From the NCBI RefSeq assembly GCF_004010195.1, contig NW_025215373.1, positions 1 to 44,004 of the forward strand: a stretch of DNA of 44,004 nucleotides, written 5' to 3'. Position 1 is the first letter of the stretch. Every line of letters begins with the position of its first letter. The notes beneath the pieces are model-generated. The model searched no databases and was not told where the DNA came from. It saw nothing but the letters and a program-made list of their open reading frames with translations. Shown one piece after another: positions 1 through 12,040 of this stretch. This DNA comes from Chiloscyllium plagiosum. Taxonomy: Eukaryota. Made by a program: the position numbers and the translations under genes.

Positions 1-2160
1 TTGTAATTGGAGATCGGATAGTTAGGGGAATGGAGCCTGTTCTCTGTGACCAGGATTGAGAGTCCCCAGGGCTCTACTGCCTGATGCCTGATTTCGGGAT
101 CTCTCGTCTGGGCTGCAGAGGAATGTGGAGTGGGAGGGAAAGATCCAGCTATCGTGGTCCATGTAGGTACCAATGACAGAAAGAGGAAAACGAGCAGCTA
201 GGGGCTAAATTAAAATGCAGAACTAAAAAGGTACTAATCTCTGGATTACCACCTGAGCCACAAGCAAGTTGGCACAGGGTCAATAAGATTAAAGAGGGAA
301 ACGCGTGTCTCAGAGACCAGTGTGGGAGAAACAGGTTTGAATTCATGGGACATTAGCCCCAGCACTGGGGGAGTGGGGAGCTGTTCCACCTGAAAACAAA
401 CTGGGACCAGGGTCTTGGTGAATCACATAACCATGGCTGTGGGTAGGGCTTTTCACTCAATAATAGGGGGGTGGGTTCAGTTGCATGGAAATTATGAAAA
501 ATATTAAGGTGTGGGAGAGCTCAGCAGAGGTTATTAAAGTTTCAACAATAATTAATAGGACAGAGAGTATGGAAAAGATCAGGAATTGAACTTCAGTCCC
601 AAAAGAGAGGGGGACACCTATCAGAAGAAGGGGGTGCAGTCAACACAGGACTGAGGGTGTTGTCCTGAAATACACACAGTGTAGGAAACAGGGCAAATGG
701 GCTTCGAGCACAGATTGACGTTGGTGGGTACAATGTTGTGGGGTCTCACCGAATCAGGGCCGCATTGGGGATCAGGGCTGGGAATTAAATATCCCAAGGG
801 ATACATGTCCTATCGGAAGGTCAGGGGGATGGGCAGAGGGGGAGGGGTTCCCTTGTGAGTAAGACGTGAAGGTAGATCAATAGCACAAAGTGACCGCGTT
901 GGAAGGTGTCGTATCTGTGTGGGTCGAGTTGAGGAACTGCTAAAGGAAAAAGCCCCTGATGGGAGTAAACACAGGACCCCCCCTTGAGCTGTGGTCAGGG
1001 TGTGGGGTCGATAATAAACCCGCAGTTAGAAAAGGCAGGTCAGAAAGACACTATTACAATAATCCTGAGGGACTTCAATATGCAGGGGGCCCGGAAAATC
1101 AGGGTGGGAGCAGATCATAAGGAAAGGAATTTGTGGAATGTCTATGAGATGGATTTTTTTGGAGCAGCTTGTGGTTGATTCCTGAAGGAACAGGTAGGTC
1201 TGGATTTGGTGATGTGTAATGAGACAGACCTGATTCGGGAGTTTAAGGTGAAGGAACCCCCCCCTCTCCAAGGGGGCAGTGACCATAATATGACCAAATT
1301 CACCCTGCAGTTTGAGAGGGAGAAGCTGGGATCAGAGAGAACGGAATTACAATTGGGTAAAGGGAACGAGATGAGGGAGGAGCTGGCCAGAGTTGATTGG
1401 AAGGGGAGCCCAGCAGGGGGAAGGTGGTGGAACAGCAACGGCAGGAGTTTCTGGGGGTGATTTGGGAGGCACAGCTGAAACTCATCCCAAGGAGGAAGAA
1501 ACACACTCAAGGGAGGAGGGGCTGACCCTGGCTGGCCGGGGAATCCAGGGACAGCTTAAAGCCAAAGGAAAAGCGGACAATGTGGTGAAGATTAATGGGA
1601 AGGAGCGGATTGGGAAATCTTTAAAAACCAGTAGACAGTATTGAAAATAATAAGGTGGTGGGGGACAAGATGAATTATGGGAGTAGCCAATAATATAAAA
1701 GAAGATAGTGAGTTTTTTTAGATATCTAAAAGGCCAGAGAGAGGCAAGAGTGGCCATTGGACGCTGGAAAATGAGGCTGGTGAAGTAATAATCCGGAATG
1801 AGGAACAAGGAAATGGCAGAGGAACTGAAGGGGTACTTTGCATCAGTCTTCACTGTGGGAGACACCAGCAAAATACATAAACTTCAAGAGATTCGGGGGC
1901 AGGGGAGTGTAGTGGGAACTATAGGCTGGTTAGTTTGACATTGGCCATTGGTCAGATTCCATTCTTACGTTTGAGATTGTAGAGTAGTTGGAAGTGCAGG
2001 GTTTCACAGGGCTGAGTCAGCACGGCTTCATCAAGGGGAGGGTCATGCCTGACAAATCTGTTTGAATTCTTTGAGGAGGCAATGAGCAAGTTAGACAAAG
2101 GAGAGCCAGAGGATGTGATCTATTCGGATTTCCAGAAAGCTGCACATGATGATGCTGCTA
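1..2160 (+). mobile_element. Decayed CR1 LINE: ORF1 esterase remnant, ORF2 endonuclease and RT fragments; 3' end resumes about 2463-2620
   Basis: Translated remnants VIGD..V and VVHVGTND (SGNH esterase), DFN, LDLVMCNE and SDHN (APE endonuclease), SQHGFIKG..CLTNL and DFQKA (RT). Multiple frameshifts. Confidence 0.9.
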
Positions 2161-2211
2161 AATAATATGATGAAAGAGCGGCGCTCTGAAAGCTAGTGTG
2201 CTTCCAAATAA

Positions 2212-2407
2212 GGTAAAAACAATGACTGCAGATGCTGGAAACCAGTTCTGGATCAATGGTGCTGGAAGAGCACAGCAGTTCAGGCTGCATCCGAGGAGCT
2301 TCAGCAAAATTGACGTTTCGGGCAAAAGCCCTTCATCAGGAATAAATGAAGGGCTTTTGCCCGAAACATCGATTTTGCTGAAGCTCCTCGGATGCTGCCT
2401 GAACTGC
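2212..2407. mobile_element. Palindromic Penelope mini-insertion (family A)
   Basis: Inverted arms around a centre at about 2344. 15-bp TSD TGTGCTTCCAAATAA at 2197-2211 and 2408-2422. Confidence 0.9.
2308..2343 (-). ncRNA. Minimal type-I hammerhead ribozyme motif (PLE-type)
   Basis: Minus strand reads AUUC-CUGAUGA-A-GGGC-UUUU-GCCC-GAAA-CGUC-AAUU. Core intact, stem I weakened. Confidence 0.7.
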
Positions 2408-2739
2408 TGTGCTTCCAAATAAACCTGTTGGACTATAGCCTGGTGTTGTGTGATTTTTAACTGTATTTAAGACAGAGATAGATAGGTTCTTGATTGGTAA
2501 GGGGATCAAAGGTCATGGGGAGAAGGCAGGAGAATGAGGTTGAGAAACGTATCAGCCGTGATCAAATAACGGAGCAGACTCGATGGCTGAATGGCCTAAT
2601 TTTGCAACTATATCTCATGGTGACCCTGCACCTTCCTCGTGTCCAAACTGGCAATTTAAATACTTTCATGGTACCTGTCACCACCCACAGCAACCTCAGA
2701 GGAGGAGGAAGTGGTGGAGAGAGAGGGTGCCAGTCAGAT

Positions 2740-3217
2740 TGGGATCTTGCTGTGCATTAGGGCTTGCGCCGCCGCAGAAAGTGCAGGGATGGTCACGGAG
2801 AGAAGGAAATAGGACACAGGGGACTGGGGTCAGAGAGTCGGAAAGAGCCGAGAGTTGTCGATGGGATATTAACCTCGGCATCACGTGTGCTCACAAACCC
2901 TGTCTCAGCTCCTCGGAAAAACAGGGACAAATCTTCATTTATCCCGGACTGGGTTCTCCTCGGATTTTAAACCCGCTCCGATCTCCGCAGACACCCCCAC
3001 CCCCGCGATCAGGAACTCAACAGGCAGCTCCTGTGAACAACTTTGCAAACTCGAGAAAGTTGGCCAGGAGTTCAGAGGTTTGAGAGAGTGGGAGAGACAA
3101 GAGGCGGTTCGGAAGGACAAAGACGCTGCTTTTAAAGGTCTGTGGTCTCATTGGGAGTTCTCTGGGTCTTTGATGTTGTTGAACTCTCCAGGGCTGGAAG
3201 TGGAAATGGCCAAAGGG
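2740..3217 (+). promoter_or_regulatory. Candidate promoter and first exon of an unidentified + strand gene
   Basis: Non-repetitive and CpG-retaining. Ends GAA-ATG-GCC-AAA-GGG|gtaagt: ATG at 3206 with G at -3 and G at +4, consensus intron-side donor after 3217. Confidence 0.4.
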
Positions 3218-3458
3218 GTAAGTTCATGTTGATTTGGTCCCTTTTGCTGCTGGATCTGTGATACATTCTCGAAGACATCAAGTCGGACCCCCCCCGGGCT
3301 GACAGTCCCAGTGTCGGTGTCTCTCTCTCTCTCTCTCTCTCCCCCCTTGGGAGCTGTGATGAGAACTCGGTTTGTTTGATTGTTCAGGGTCTGCACTCGG
3401 AAGGGCAGAGGACGGCTGTTCGGCCCATCGTGTCTGTGCTGGCTGGGAGGGGATAAAG

Positions 3459-4744
3459 TGAATTGAATTGAATTGGATTTATTGTCACATGTACTGAGGC
3501 ACAATGAAAAACTTTATTTTGTGAGCAATACAGGCAGGTCACATAGTTAAATAGCATAGATAGTAAATAATAGGTAAACAGCGGCAAAAACAAAAATACA
3601 GGTACAGGTGAATGTTAAGAGTTTGTGAGTCCATTCAGTATTCTAACAACTGTAGGGTGGAAACTGTTACGAAACCGGCTGGTGCGTGTGTTCAGGCTTC
3701 TGTACCTTCTCCCCGATGGTAGAGGTTGTAGAAAAACATTGCCAGGGTGGGATGGATCTTTGAGAATGCTGGAGGATGGATTCTATAGATGGGAGGTTGG
3801 CCTTTGTGATTGTCTGGGCCGAGTTCACCACTCTCTGTAATGGCACAGTTGCCATACCAGGTAGTGATACATCCAGACGGATGCTCTTGATGGCACACCT
3901 ATAAAAGTTGTCAAGAGTATTCACTGTCATGCCAAATTTTCTAAGCTGCCTGAGGAAGAAGATACATTGTTGGGCCTTTGTAACCAATGCGTCCACATGA
4001 AGAGTCCAAGAAAGCTTGTTGTGGATGACCACTCCCAGGAGCTTGAACCCCTCCACTTGTTCCATCTCTGTGCTGTTAATATTAGGGGGACGTGAGTAAC
4101 ATCCCGCCGAAGGTCAATAATGAGTTCCTTGGTTTTGCCGGCATTGAGAGCTAGTATAGTATCCAGTCCAATTCCCTTTGTCAGCTTCCCCTGCAGTTTG
4201 TGGCAGTTCTTAAAGTTGGAATGGGGGGTTCTGCCTGTTTGACTCACAGACGCCCCCAATTCCCTCTCCTTTCCTTGACAGCGGGCCTGGTAGATGGATT
4301 CTATAGATGGGAGGTTGGCCTGTGTGATTGCCTGGGCTGAGTTCACCACTCTCTGTAACTGTCTCTGATCTTGAATGGTACTGTTGCCATACCAGGTAGT
4401 GATACATCCAGATGGATGCTCTTTGGCACATGCCAAGTTCCTCAGCTGCCTGAGGAAGAGGAGATATTGTTGGGCCTTTGTAACCAGTGCGTCCACATGA
4501 AGAATCAAAGAAAGCTTGTTGTGGATGACCACTCCCAGGAGCTTGACACTCTCCACTCATTCCACCTCTTGAGTAACATCCCGCCGAAAGTCAATAATGA
4601 GTTCCTTGGTTTTGCCGGCATTGAGAGCTAGTACAGTATCCAGTCCAATTCCCTTTGTCAGCTTCCCCTGTAGTTTGTGGCAGTTCTTAAAGTTGGAATG
4701 GGGGATTCTGCCTGTTTGACTCACAGACGCCCTCAATTCCCTCT
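3459..4744 (-). mobile_element. Rex1/Babar-type LINE 3' fragment, tandemly duplicated with flanking DNA
   Basis: LN..KTKELIID.R and FKLLGV.I..KLSW..H...LV.KAQQ..FFLR.LRKF..FYRC.I are typical of the Rex1 RT C-terminus. (CAATT)n tail at about 3459-3476. Confidence 0.8.
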
Positions 4745-4754
4745 GACTGACAAA

Positions 4755-5720
4755 AAACAAAGAAACTAGAAGCAGGAGTTGGCCATTTGGCCCGACTCAT
4801 CTGTACAGTACCATCATGTTTGACCCCCCCCCATCTCAATGCTATATTCCTGCTTTCCCTCTGTTCTGTGTGATCTCTTTAAAATCTAAAATATTATCCA
4901 TTTCTTTCTTGAGTATATTCAGTGACTTGGTCTCCATAGGTTCACTACCCTTTGAATGAAGAAATCTTTCCTCATCTCAGTCCTAAGTGGTCTACCTCAC
5001 ATCCGAAGACTGTGACCCCTGAATCTTGACCCTCCAACTAGGGAGACATCCTCCCTGCATCTAGTCTGTCCAGACCTGTTTGAATTTTGTATGGTTCAAT
5101 CCGATCCCCCTCATCCTTTCAAACTCTAGTGAATACAGACCTGGTCAAACCAATCTCCCCTTGTAGGACAGTCCTACCACACCTGGTAACAGCCTAGTGA
5201 ACCTTTTCTGCACTCCCTCTGGTAAGTATATCCTTTCTTAGGGAGGGAGACCAAGACTGTGGGCAGTACTCCAGGGGTGGTCTCACCAAGGCCCTGTATA
5301 ATTTCACTGTGTAACATTCCTACTCTCAACTCAAATCCTGTTGCAGTTGAAAGCCAGTGTACAATTTGCCTTCCTAATTGCTTGCTGTACCTCAGTACTT
5401 TCATTAACTGGCTACAATGATTCCTTTGTACATCCACACTATCCAATATATTACCATTTAAATAACACTCTTCCTTTCTGTTTTCACACTAAAGTGTATC
5501 ACTTCACATTTAGCCATGTTGTGTTACATGTGCCATGTGTTTACCCACTAACGGGAACTTGTTTAAATATCTTGAAGTCTCTGAGTATCAATCCTGCGCA
5601 GTTTTGTATCATCCGTAAACGTGGAAATGTTAAGTTAGGACCCCTCATCCAGGTCATTTGTATATACCATGAATAGCTGGGCTCCAAGCACTGAACCTTT
5701 GTGGTATCCCACCAGTCACT
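4755..5720 (-). mobile_element. Decayed CR1 LINE 3' part
   Basis: Reverse strand matches the CR1 RT C-terminus and 3' UTR seen in other copies in this window. Confidence 0.8.
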
Positions 5721-5899
5721 TGGGGAGAAAGGCCCACTCTCTGTTTATTGTTTTGAAACCAATACTTATCTCACAAAAGTGTCTCAAGGTCCCTCTATTC
5801 ATTTTGCCATTTACTTTCTACTGCTGTGTCCTGCTTATTCTTGCATAAAGAAAAGAGAGCATCCTGATCCCCCCTATCCAGACCCCACACAATCTGTCT

Positions 5900-6180
5900 C
5901 TCAGAATGGATGCAAGGATGAGGATGTAGATAGGCTAATGGAGATCCAACGGAAGTAGTCAGTGTAGCGAGGGGTGATTCACAGAAGATTGGGGGATCTA
6001 TTCCCACTTGTGAAAGGATAGATTTTCACATAGCGAGTGGTTAGAGTCTGAAGTGAGCTGTCAAAGAGTGTGGAGGAGGCAGGTTCACTCGACATTCTTC
6101 AAGGGAATCAGAGTGTTATTTGGAAAGGAAGAATGTGCAGGGTTACAGTGTAAAGGCATTGGCACGAGGTTTATCTGGAG
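5900..6180 (+). mobile_element. Old CR1 3' fragment
   Basis: ttttcacatagcgagtggttagagtctg..gtggaggaggcagg motif shared with other CR1 ends. Confidence 0.6.
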
Positions 6181-6193
6181 AGCTGAGTACTCA

Positions 6194-6324
6194 CCCTGAA
6201 GAAGGGCTTATGCCCGAAACGTCGATCCTCCTGTTCCCTGGATGCTGCCTGACCTGCTGCGCTTTTCCAGCAACACATTTTCGGCTCTGATCTTCAGCAT
6301 CTGCAGCCCTCACTTTCTCCTCCC
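6194..6324 (+). mobile_element. Solo ~130-bp Penelope mini-insertion that begins at the hammerhead
   Basis: 13-bp TSD AGCTGAGTACTCA at 6181-6193 and 6325-6337. Body matches the 3' end of the PLE at 19958-20870 plus the terminal tail. Confidence 0.9.
6196..6223 (+). ncRNA. Hammerhead core (5' strand of stem I truncated)
   Basis: CUGAAGA-A-GGGC-UUAU-GCCC-GAAA-CGUC. Confidence 0.65.
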
Positions 6325-6349
6325 AGCTGAGTACTCATCCCTTTTACCC

Positions 6350-6660
6350 TGTTCAGGGGATGTGGGTGTCACTGACCAGGCCCAGAATTTATTGCCCAAA
6401 GGACAGTTAATTACCAACACCATTGCTGTGGGTCTGGAGTCACATGTAGGCCAGACTGGAGTAGGGATGGCAGATTTCCTTCCCTGAAAGACATTAGTGA
6501 ACCCAATTGGGTTTTTACAACAGGCCACAGTGTTTACATAGTTAACAGTAAGCTAGTTTTTAAAATCCCAGATATTTATTGAAATCAATTTCACCATTTC
6601 TGTGATCCGAAATATATTCTGGATAACCAAGCCCAGTGTCCCTGTCATACACCCCTCACT
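6350..6660 (-). mobile_element. Old SINE-like repeat sharing its 3' tail with the second LINE family
   Basis: Reverse complement of the gaaggaaatctgccatccttac..tggcctacatgtgactccagac block seen at 8480-8700, 29115-29160 and 35330-35380. Confidence 0.65.
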
Positions 6661-7145
6661 TGTGCTGTGAGCATCCTGTGACTTGGATTAAATCTCCTCC
6701 TGCGTTCCCCTGTTGTAGGAAACCTTCCTGGTGTGTCCAATCTCTCCTTGTGGTGCACACCCTCCAGTCCTGGCACCGGGGTGGTGATCTTCCTCCATGT
6801 CCTCCCCTGTGCCACTACGTCGTTCCTGTATTATATTGTACTCAGCCCTGTAACTATGGTTTATTAATGAAAGTCTAACCTCCCTAACCCTAGCCTCGGC
6901 TGCGAGAGACAATCATTGTGTGTGCCTTCCTCACTGTTGTGAGCCCTGAGGGCATGTGCTCCAAAGTGCCTTTATACGTTCCAGCATTCCATTATCTCAT
7001 TCCTTCACCATCTTTATCCTCCTCAAATGCATCAATCTCACTCCTCCGGATTCAATTCCTTTTGTTTGTAAAATTTCACTCTCAGGAATGTGGGTGTCGC
7101 TGGCTGGGTCAGCATTTATGGCCTGTCCCTATTTGCACTTCAGCA

Positions 7146-7420
7146 GGGGCAAGAGGGAGAAAATTTAAAACAGAGTTGAGGCAAAACTGCCTCCACCGAA
7201 GGGTTGTGAATCTGTGGAACTCGCTCCCCCAAAGTGCAGTGGATGCTGGGACAGTGGGTACATTTAAGGAGGAGTTGGACAGGTTTTTAATTGTCAGTGG
7301 GTTGAAGGGATATGTAGAGAGAGCAGGAGAATGGGGATGAGGAGAATTTCAGCCATGACTGAATAGCAGAGCAGATTCGATGGGCCGAATGGCCAAATTT
7401 AGCTCCTCTATCTTATGAAC
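7146..7420 (+). mobile_element. CR1 3' end inserted into a reversed LINE tail (7075-7520)
   Basis: KFKTELRQNC..RRVVNLWNSLPQ..V.A.T..FK.ELD.FL is the CR1 ORF2 C-terminus. Confidence 0.8.
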
Positions 7421-7704
7421 TGGTGGAGAGCTACTATTTTGAACTGCTGCAGTCCACAGTGATATTCCGGAGGGAATTCCGAGATTTTGACCCAGTGACC
7501 ATGAAGGGACAGTGAAATATAAATTGTCCCATCTTCCAGTTTTCTAACTTGCCCTATGTGGTTAACTCAGGGTCATTGATGTGTGACTGGAAAAGCATGG
7601 GGAGTCCAACATCTCCCTTTCTCTTAGGCCCTGATGCAAAAGGGAGAATTAATCGGATTCAAGTGAACGGCTGGAGACACTCGAACTGTGGATGATGGAG
7701 ATCT

Positions 7705-7797
7705 GATACAAACATAACGTGGAGAAACTCAGCAGGTCTGACAGCATCTGTGGAGAGAGAAACTGAGTTAACGTTTCAGTTTGTGATGACCTTTCAG
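7705..7797 (-). mobile_element. Penelope-like 3' end (family C), degenerate hammerhead
   Basis: Reverse reads ..gaaacgttaactcagtttctctctccacagatgctgtcagacctgctgag, as at 13385-13440 and 27936-27995. Confidence 0.7.
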
Positions 7798-8319
7798 TGG
7801 GACAGTTCCAATAAGACAGGATGGGGTCAGATGGAAGCTGGTTAACTTTGTCCCTGCAAACGGTTTACTTTTCCAAGCAGCCTGACACGTGTGCCCTGAT
7901 CAAAAACCTCACTCACGTGTCACATGTGCCGCTGTCATCAACCGACTGTTAATTCCTCAAAACACTTCAATCACAATTAGTCAGGCATGACCTTTCCTTA
8001 TCTAGTCCACGTCTGGTTAAGGTATGATTGATTTGTGTTTTTCTAAATGATGATTTGTACTGTCTCTGATTTGCTTTCACAAAGCAGGCCTCAGGCCTTG
8101 TGCAGATGGCTCGGTGGTTGCCTTGGGATATGTGTTTGTCACTTTTTGAAACTGTGACAAAATGTTGGCAGCTCTTCAGCACCTTAGAGCCTAGAAGCGG
8201 GATATTTGGCCCTTTGCTTGGTGTCTGTCCCCTGTCAGAAACATCCCCTTCTTTGACACCACAAGCTCCCGTAAACTCTGCCTCAGCCTGTCACTGGGTT
8301 CCAGAGAGCTGATGGTTTA

Positions 8320-8740
8320 GTGGGTTTTGTGACTTCAGGGGGACCTGGGTTTGAACCCCACAATGCCAGGTGATGGAATTTCAATTCAATGAAAAAATCT
8401 GTAATTAGGTTTAATGGTGACTGTTAAACTGTTGTCAATTGTTAGAAATGTCAATCTGGCTCATTAATGTCCTTTTAGGGAAGGAAATCTGCCTTCCTTA
8501 CCTGGTCTAGACAGGCAGGAGGCTGGGAGAACACAGCAAGGCAGGCAGCATCAGGAGGTGCAGAAGTTGAAGTTTCTGGTGTAACCCTTCTTCAGGACTT
8601 CTGGCTTGCTGTGCTCTTCCAGCCATCTGCCTGACTACTTTGGATTCCAGCATCTGTAGTTATTTGTCCTTACCTAATCTGGCCTGCATGTGATTCCAGA
8701 CCTGCAGCAATGTAGGGGACACGTAACTGCCCTCTGCTCC
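8320..8740 (+). mobile_element. Old tRNA-headed SINE-like repeat, interrupted by a PLE palindrome
   Basis: B-box-like gggtttgaacccc. Body similar to 28935-29220. Confidence 0.6.
8509..8666. mobile_element. Older palindromic Penelope mini-insertion (family D)
   Basis: Inverted arms. Degenerate TSD TCCTTACCT(GG/AA)TCT at 8495-8508 and 8667-8680. Minus strand AAGUC-CUGAAGA-AGGGUUACACCA-GAAA-CUUC-AACUU is a decayed hammerhead. Confidence 0.75.
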
Positions 8741-9330
8741 TCTCTGAATGTTGGCAGGAAGAATTGCCTCATATTTCCTACATTGCGCCATTTGCCAAGG
8801 TTTTGCCCACTCTATTAATCTGTCTACATCCCTCTGCATACTCTGTGTGTCACTCTCCTCACTGGCCTCCCCATCTATATTTGTGTCATCCATAAAAACT
8901 TGGCGATAGTCCATTCGCTTCCTCATCCAAATCATTCATTTACATTCTAAAGAATTGTGGCGCCAGCACTGATCCTGTGGCACACATTGGATTACAGGGT
9001 GTCATCCTGAGAATGGCCCCCTTTGTCCCAACCCTCTGTCTTCTGTTAGTTAGCCAATCCTTTGTGCATTCTAATATACTTCCCCCAACACCACAGGCTC
9101 TGATTAAATACCCTAATGTGTGGCTCCTTATCAAATTCCTTCTGATAATCCAAACACATTACATCCACTGCTTTCCCTTTATCTATTTTGCTTGTAACTT
9201 CCCCAAAGAGTTCTAGTAAAATGATCAGGCATGATTTCCCCCTCATGAACCCACGCTGACCCTGCTTAATCATCCTGTGTCTTTCTAAATGCCCTGCTAT
9301 TACAACCTTCATAATAGATTCTAACATATT
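8740..9330 (-). mobile_element. CR1 RT fragment
   Basis: LESIMK.VI..HL...IK..Q.GFMRGKSCL..LLE.F.EVT..IDKG.AVDV..LD.QK.FDK.PH, plus GSVL.P and DDT. Confidence 0.9.
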
Positions 9331-9679
9331 AACCAGGCAAGTTAAGGATAATTATAAGGAAAAACAGACGATGTGGTAACGATTAGTGGTGTGTCTGAGG
9401 ATTGGGAATGTTTTTAAAAGTAAAGAAAGTTGAGGAAAGAAGGGAGAAAACACATTTTGAAGGTAAACTAGTAGGTAATGTCAAAATGGACAGTAAGAGC
9501 TTCTTTAAGTAAAAAGGTAGCGAGAAGCCAAAAATGAATAAAAGTCTCTTAGAGAATGAGAATCCCATGTTTCCTGGGCATCTTTTAAGCATATCATTTA
9601 TTAAAGCTGCCTCATTACACATTATCAGATCCAAAATAGCTTGATCCCTGGTGAGATTCACAACATACTGTTCTACAAA

Positions 9680-10400
9680 CCTGGTTAAGGGAGCAGCAAG
9701 TTCTTTTGCACAAGTCTTTAGTATTATTGCCGGAATGTTATCAGGGCCCATAGTCGTTGCAGTATTTAGTGTCTCCAAACATTTCTTGATGTCATGTGGA
9801 GTGAATTGAATTGGCTGGAGACTGGTGTCTGTGATGCTGGGGACCACTGGGGGAGGCTGAGATGGATCATCCACACGGCGTTTCTGGCTGAAGATTGCTG
9901 TGAAAGTTTCAGCCTTATCTTTTGCCCTGATGTGCTGGGCTCCTCCGTCGCTGAGGATGGGGATATTGGTGGAGCCTCCTCCTCCAGTGAGTTGTTTAAT
10001 CGTCCACCACCATCCCCGAGTGGATGTGACAGAACTGCAGAGCCATCCCATTGTCTGTGGGATCACTGAGCTCTGTCTATCACTTGCTGCTTTATGCTGT
10101 TTGGCAAATAGTCCTGTTTGATGGCTTCACCAGATTGATTCCTCATCTTCAGGTACGTCTGATGCTGTTCCTTGCACGCCCTCCTGCACGCTCCATTGAA
10201 CCAGGGTTGATCCCCTGGCCTGATGGTAATGGTTAAGTGGGGGATATGCCGGGCCATGGGGTTACAGATTGTGCTGGAGTACAGTTCTGCTGCTGGTGAT
10301 GGCCCACAGCACCTCATGGATGCCCAGTCATCAGTTGCTAGATTGGTTTGAACTGTGTTTTACTTAGCCTGGTGATAGTGCCACACAGTGTTCACACCCT
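9680..10400 (-). mobile_element. Fragment of a second non-LTR LINE family (EN-RT linker)
   Basis: DQPWFN..CR.A; NIPIL..KDKAE.F..IFSQK; IQFTPHDIKK.L..L..A..MGPDNIPA..LKTCA.ELAAPL. Confidence 0.85.
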
Positions 10401-11296
10401 GTATCCAAAAACATGGGCTCCACAAGGAATTGTGAACTCTGCGTGAGCCCAGGCTCCCTTGCCCGTCTGGGGGAGGCTGAAGGATCATGGCAGGAGGAAG
10501 TGTGAGAGCATGACATGGGGTGTGTTTTGGCGCCATCTGGAACCATGGCCACAATGTGTAGGAGTGGTGACTGAAATAAGGGAAATGGAAATATCATCAA
10601 CCGAGATTGGGCAACAGCACAGCAGCTTCCATCATATCGCAGTGGGTGGAGCTGTGGGAGAGAACTGGACGAAACCAAAGTTATATCCACAACTGCGAGG
10701 GGCAATGGATAGGGTAGGCAGGAACAAATCTCCCCTCAGCAGAGGGATCAATAACCCTGGTGTCATTAATTGATGGTAAAAACCAGGAGGGTTTTAAGAA
10801 AGAGAATTTTTGTTCACCCAAAGCACGGTGGAACTTTGTAACCCTCTGTCCCTGACAGGATGGTAGGAGCGAGGAACCCTCACAACGTTGAAGAATTATT
10901 TAGATGATTACGTGAAGCATCAGGCCAAGGGCTGGGAAATGGGACCAAAGAAGAAAGGTGCTCTGGGACCAGGGTTCAACTCCCACCACAGCAGTTGGTG
11001 CATTTTGAATAAAAGAAGAATATCTGGAATTAAAAATCTAATGATGACCCTAAAGCTATTGTCAATTGTAATAAAAGCCCCATCAGGTCACTTCCTGTTC
11101 TGGCCACCATGTGACTCGGTCTCAATATTATTGGGGTGGCAGATCATTCGTTTGGATCAAAATGCTAAAACTCCACAAAAACAGAGATGAAACTGGCCAG
11201 GGAGTGCCACCAGAAACAATAACAACCAACTCAACAATTCCACAAACTCACTCACTAACCCTTGGGGCTAATGCCACCATTGGGAGAGCTCTCTCA

Positions 11297-12040
11297 TGCC
11301 TCCCATCAAAGGGACCTTCCCTTGCTGCCACAATAGGTGTAAAATCAGCACCCACACCTCCCCCCACAAGGCCCCAAAGGATCCTTCTATATCCATCAGA
11401 GATTTTCCTGCACATCCAAAAACCTCATTTACTGTGTCTGTTGCTCTCGATGTGGTCTTCCCTACATTGGGGAGACAGGGCGCTAACTTGCAGAATGTTT
11501 CAGAGAACATCTCTGGGATACCCGTACCAACCAACTCCACCGCCCCGTGGCTGAACACTTCAACTCCCCCTCCCACTCTGCCAAGGACATGGAAGTCCTG
11601 GGCCTCCTCTACTACCAAACTACCAAGCCACCCAACGCCTGGACGAAGAACACCTCATCTTCTGCCTTGGGACCCCCCAACCACACTGGATCAATGTGGA
11701 TTTCACCAGTTTCCTCATTTCCCCTCCCCCCACCTTATCCCAGTATCAATCTTCCAGCTTGGCACCGCCCTCTTTACCTGTCCTACCTGTCCATCTCCCT
11801 TCCCACCTGTCCACTTCCACCTTCCCCACAACCTATCACCATCACTCCCCACCTGCATCTACCTGTCACATTCCCAGTTACCTTTCCCCCAGCCCCACTC
11901 CCCTCCCATTTATCTCTTAGTCCCCTCCCCCCTTGCCACACATTCCTGATGAAGGGCTTGTGCCTGAAACATCGTCTGTCCTGCTCCTTGGATGCTGCCA
12001 GACCTGCTGTGCTTTTCTAGCACCACACTCTCGACTCTGT
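11297..12040 (+). mobile_element. 5'-truncated Penelope-like element: Cys-rich linker, GIY-YIG endonuclease pseudogene and 3' UTR with decayed hammerhead
   Basis: GTFPCCHNRCK, then in another frame FSCTSKNLIYCVCCSRCGLPYIGETGR*LAECFREH..RPVAEHFNSPSHS. attcctgatgaagggcttgtgcctgaaacatc at 11942-11973. Interrupts the endonuclease region of the second LINE family (about 11200-11296 and 12040-12555). Confidence 0.92.

Larger units (their letters stand above)
2167..2462 (+). mobile_element. Penelope-like 3' end (family B) with a hammerhead remnant, interrupted by a nested family A palindrome
   Basis: TGATGA-A-AGAGC-GGC-GCTCT-GAAA-GCTA (2168-2195), then gtgcttccaaataaacctgttggactata..gtgtgattttt. 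The same sequence recurs at 20883-20987. Confidence 0.75.
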
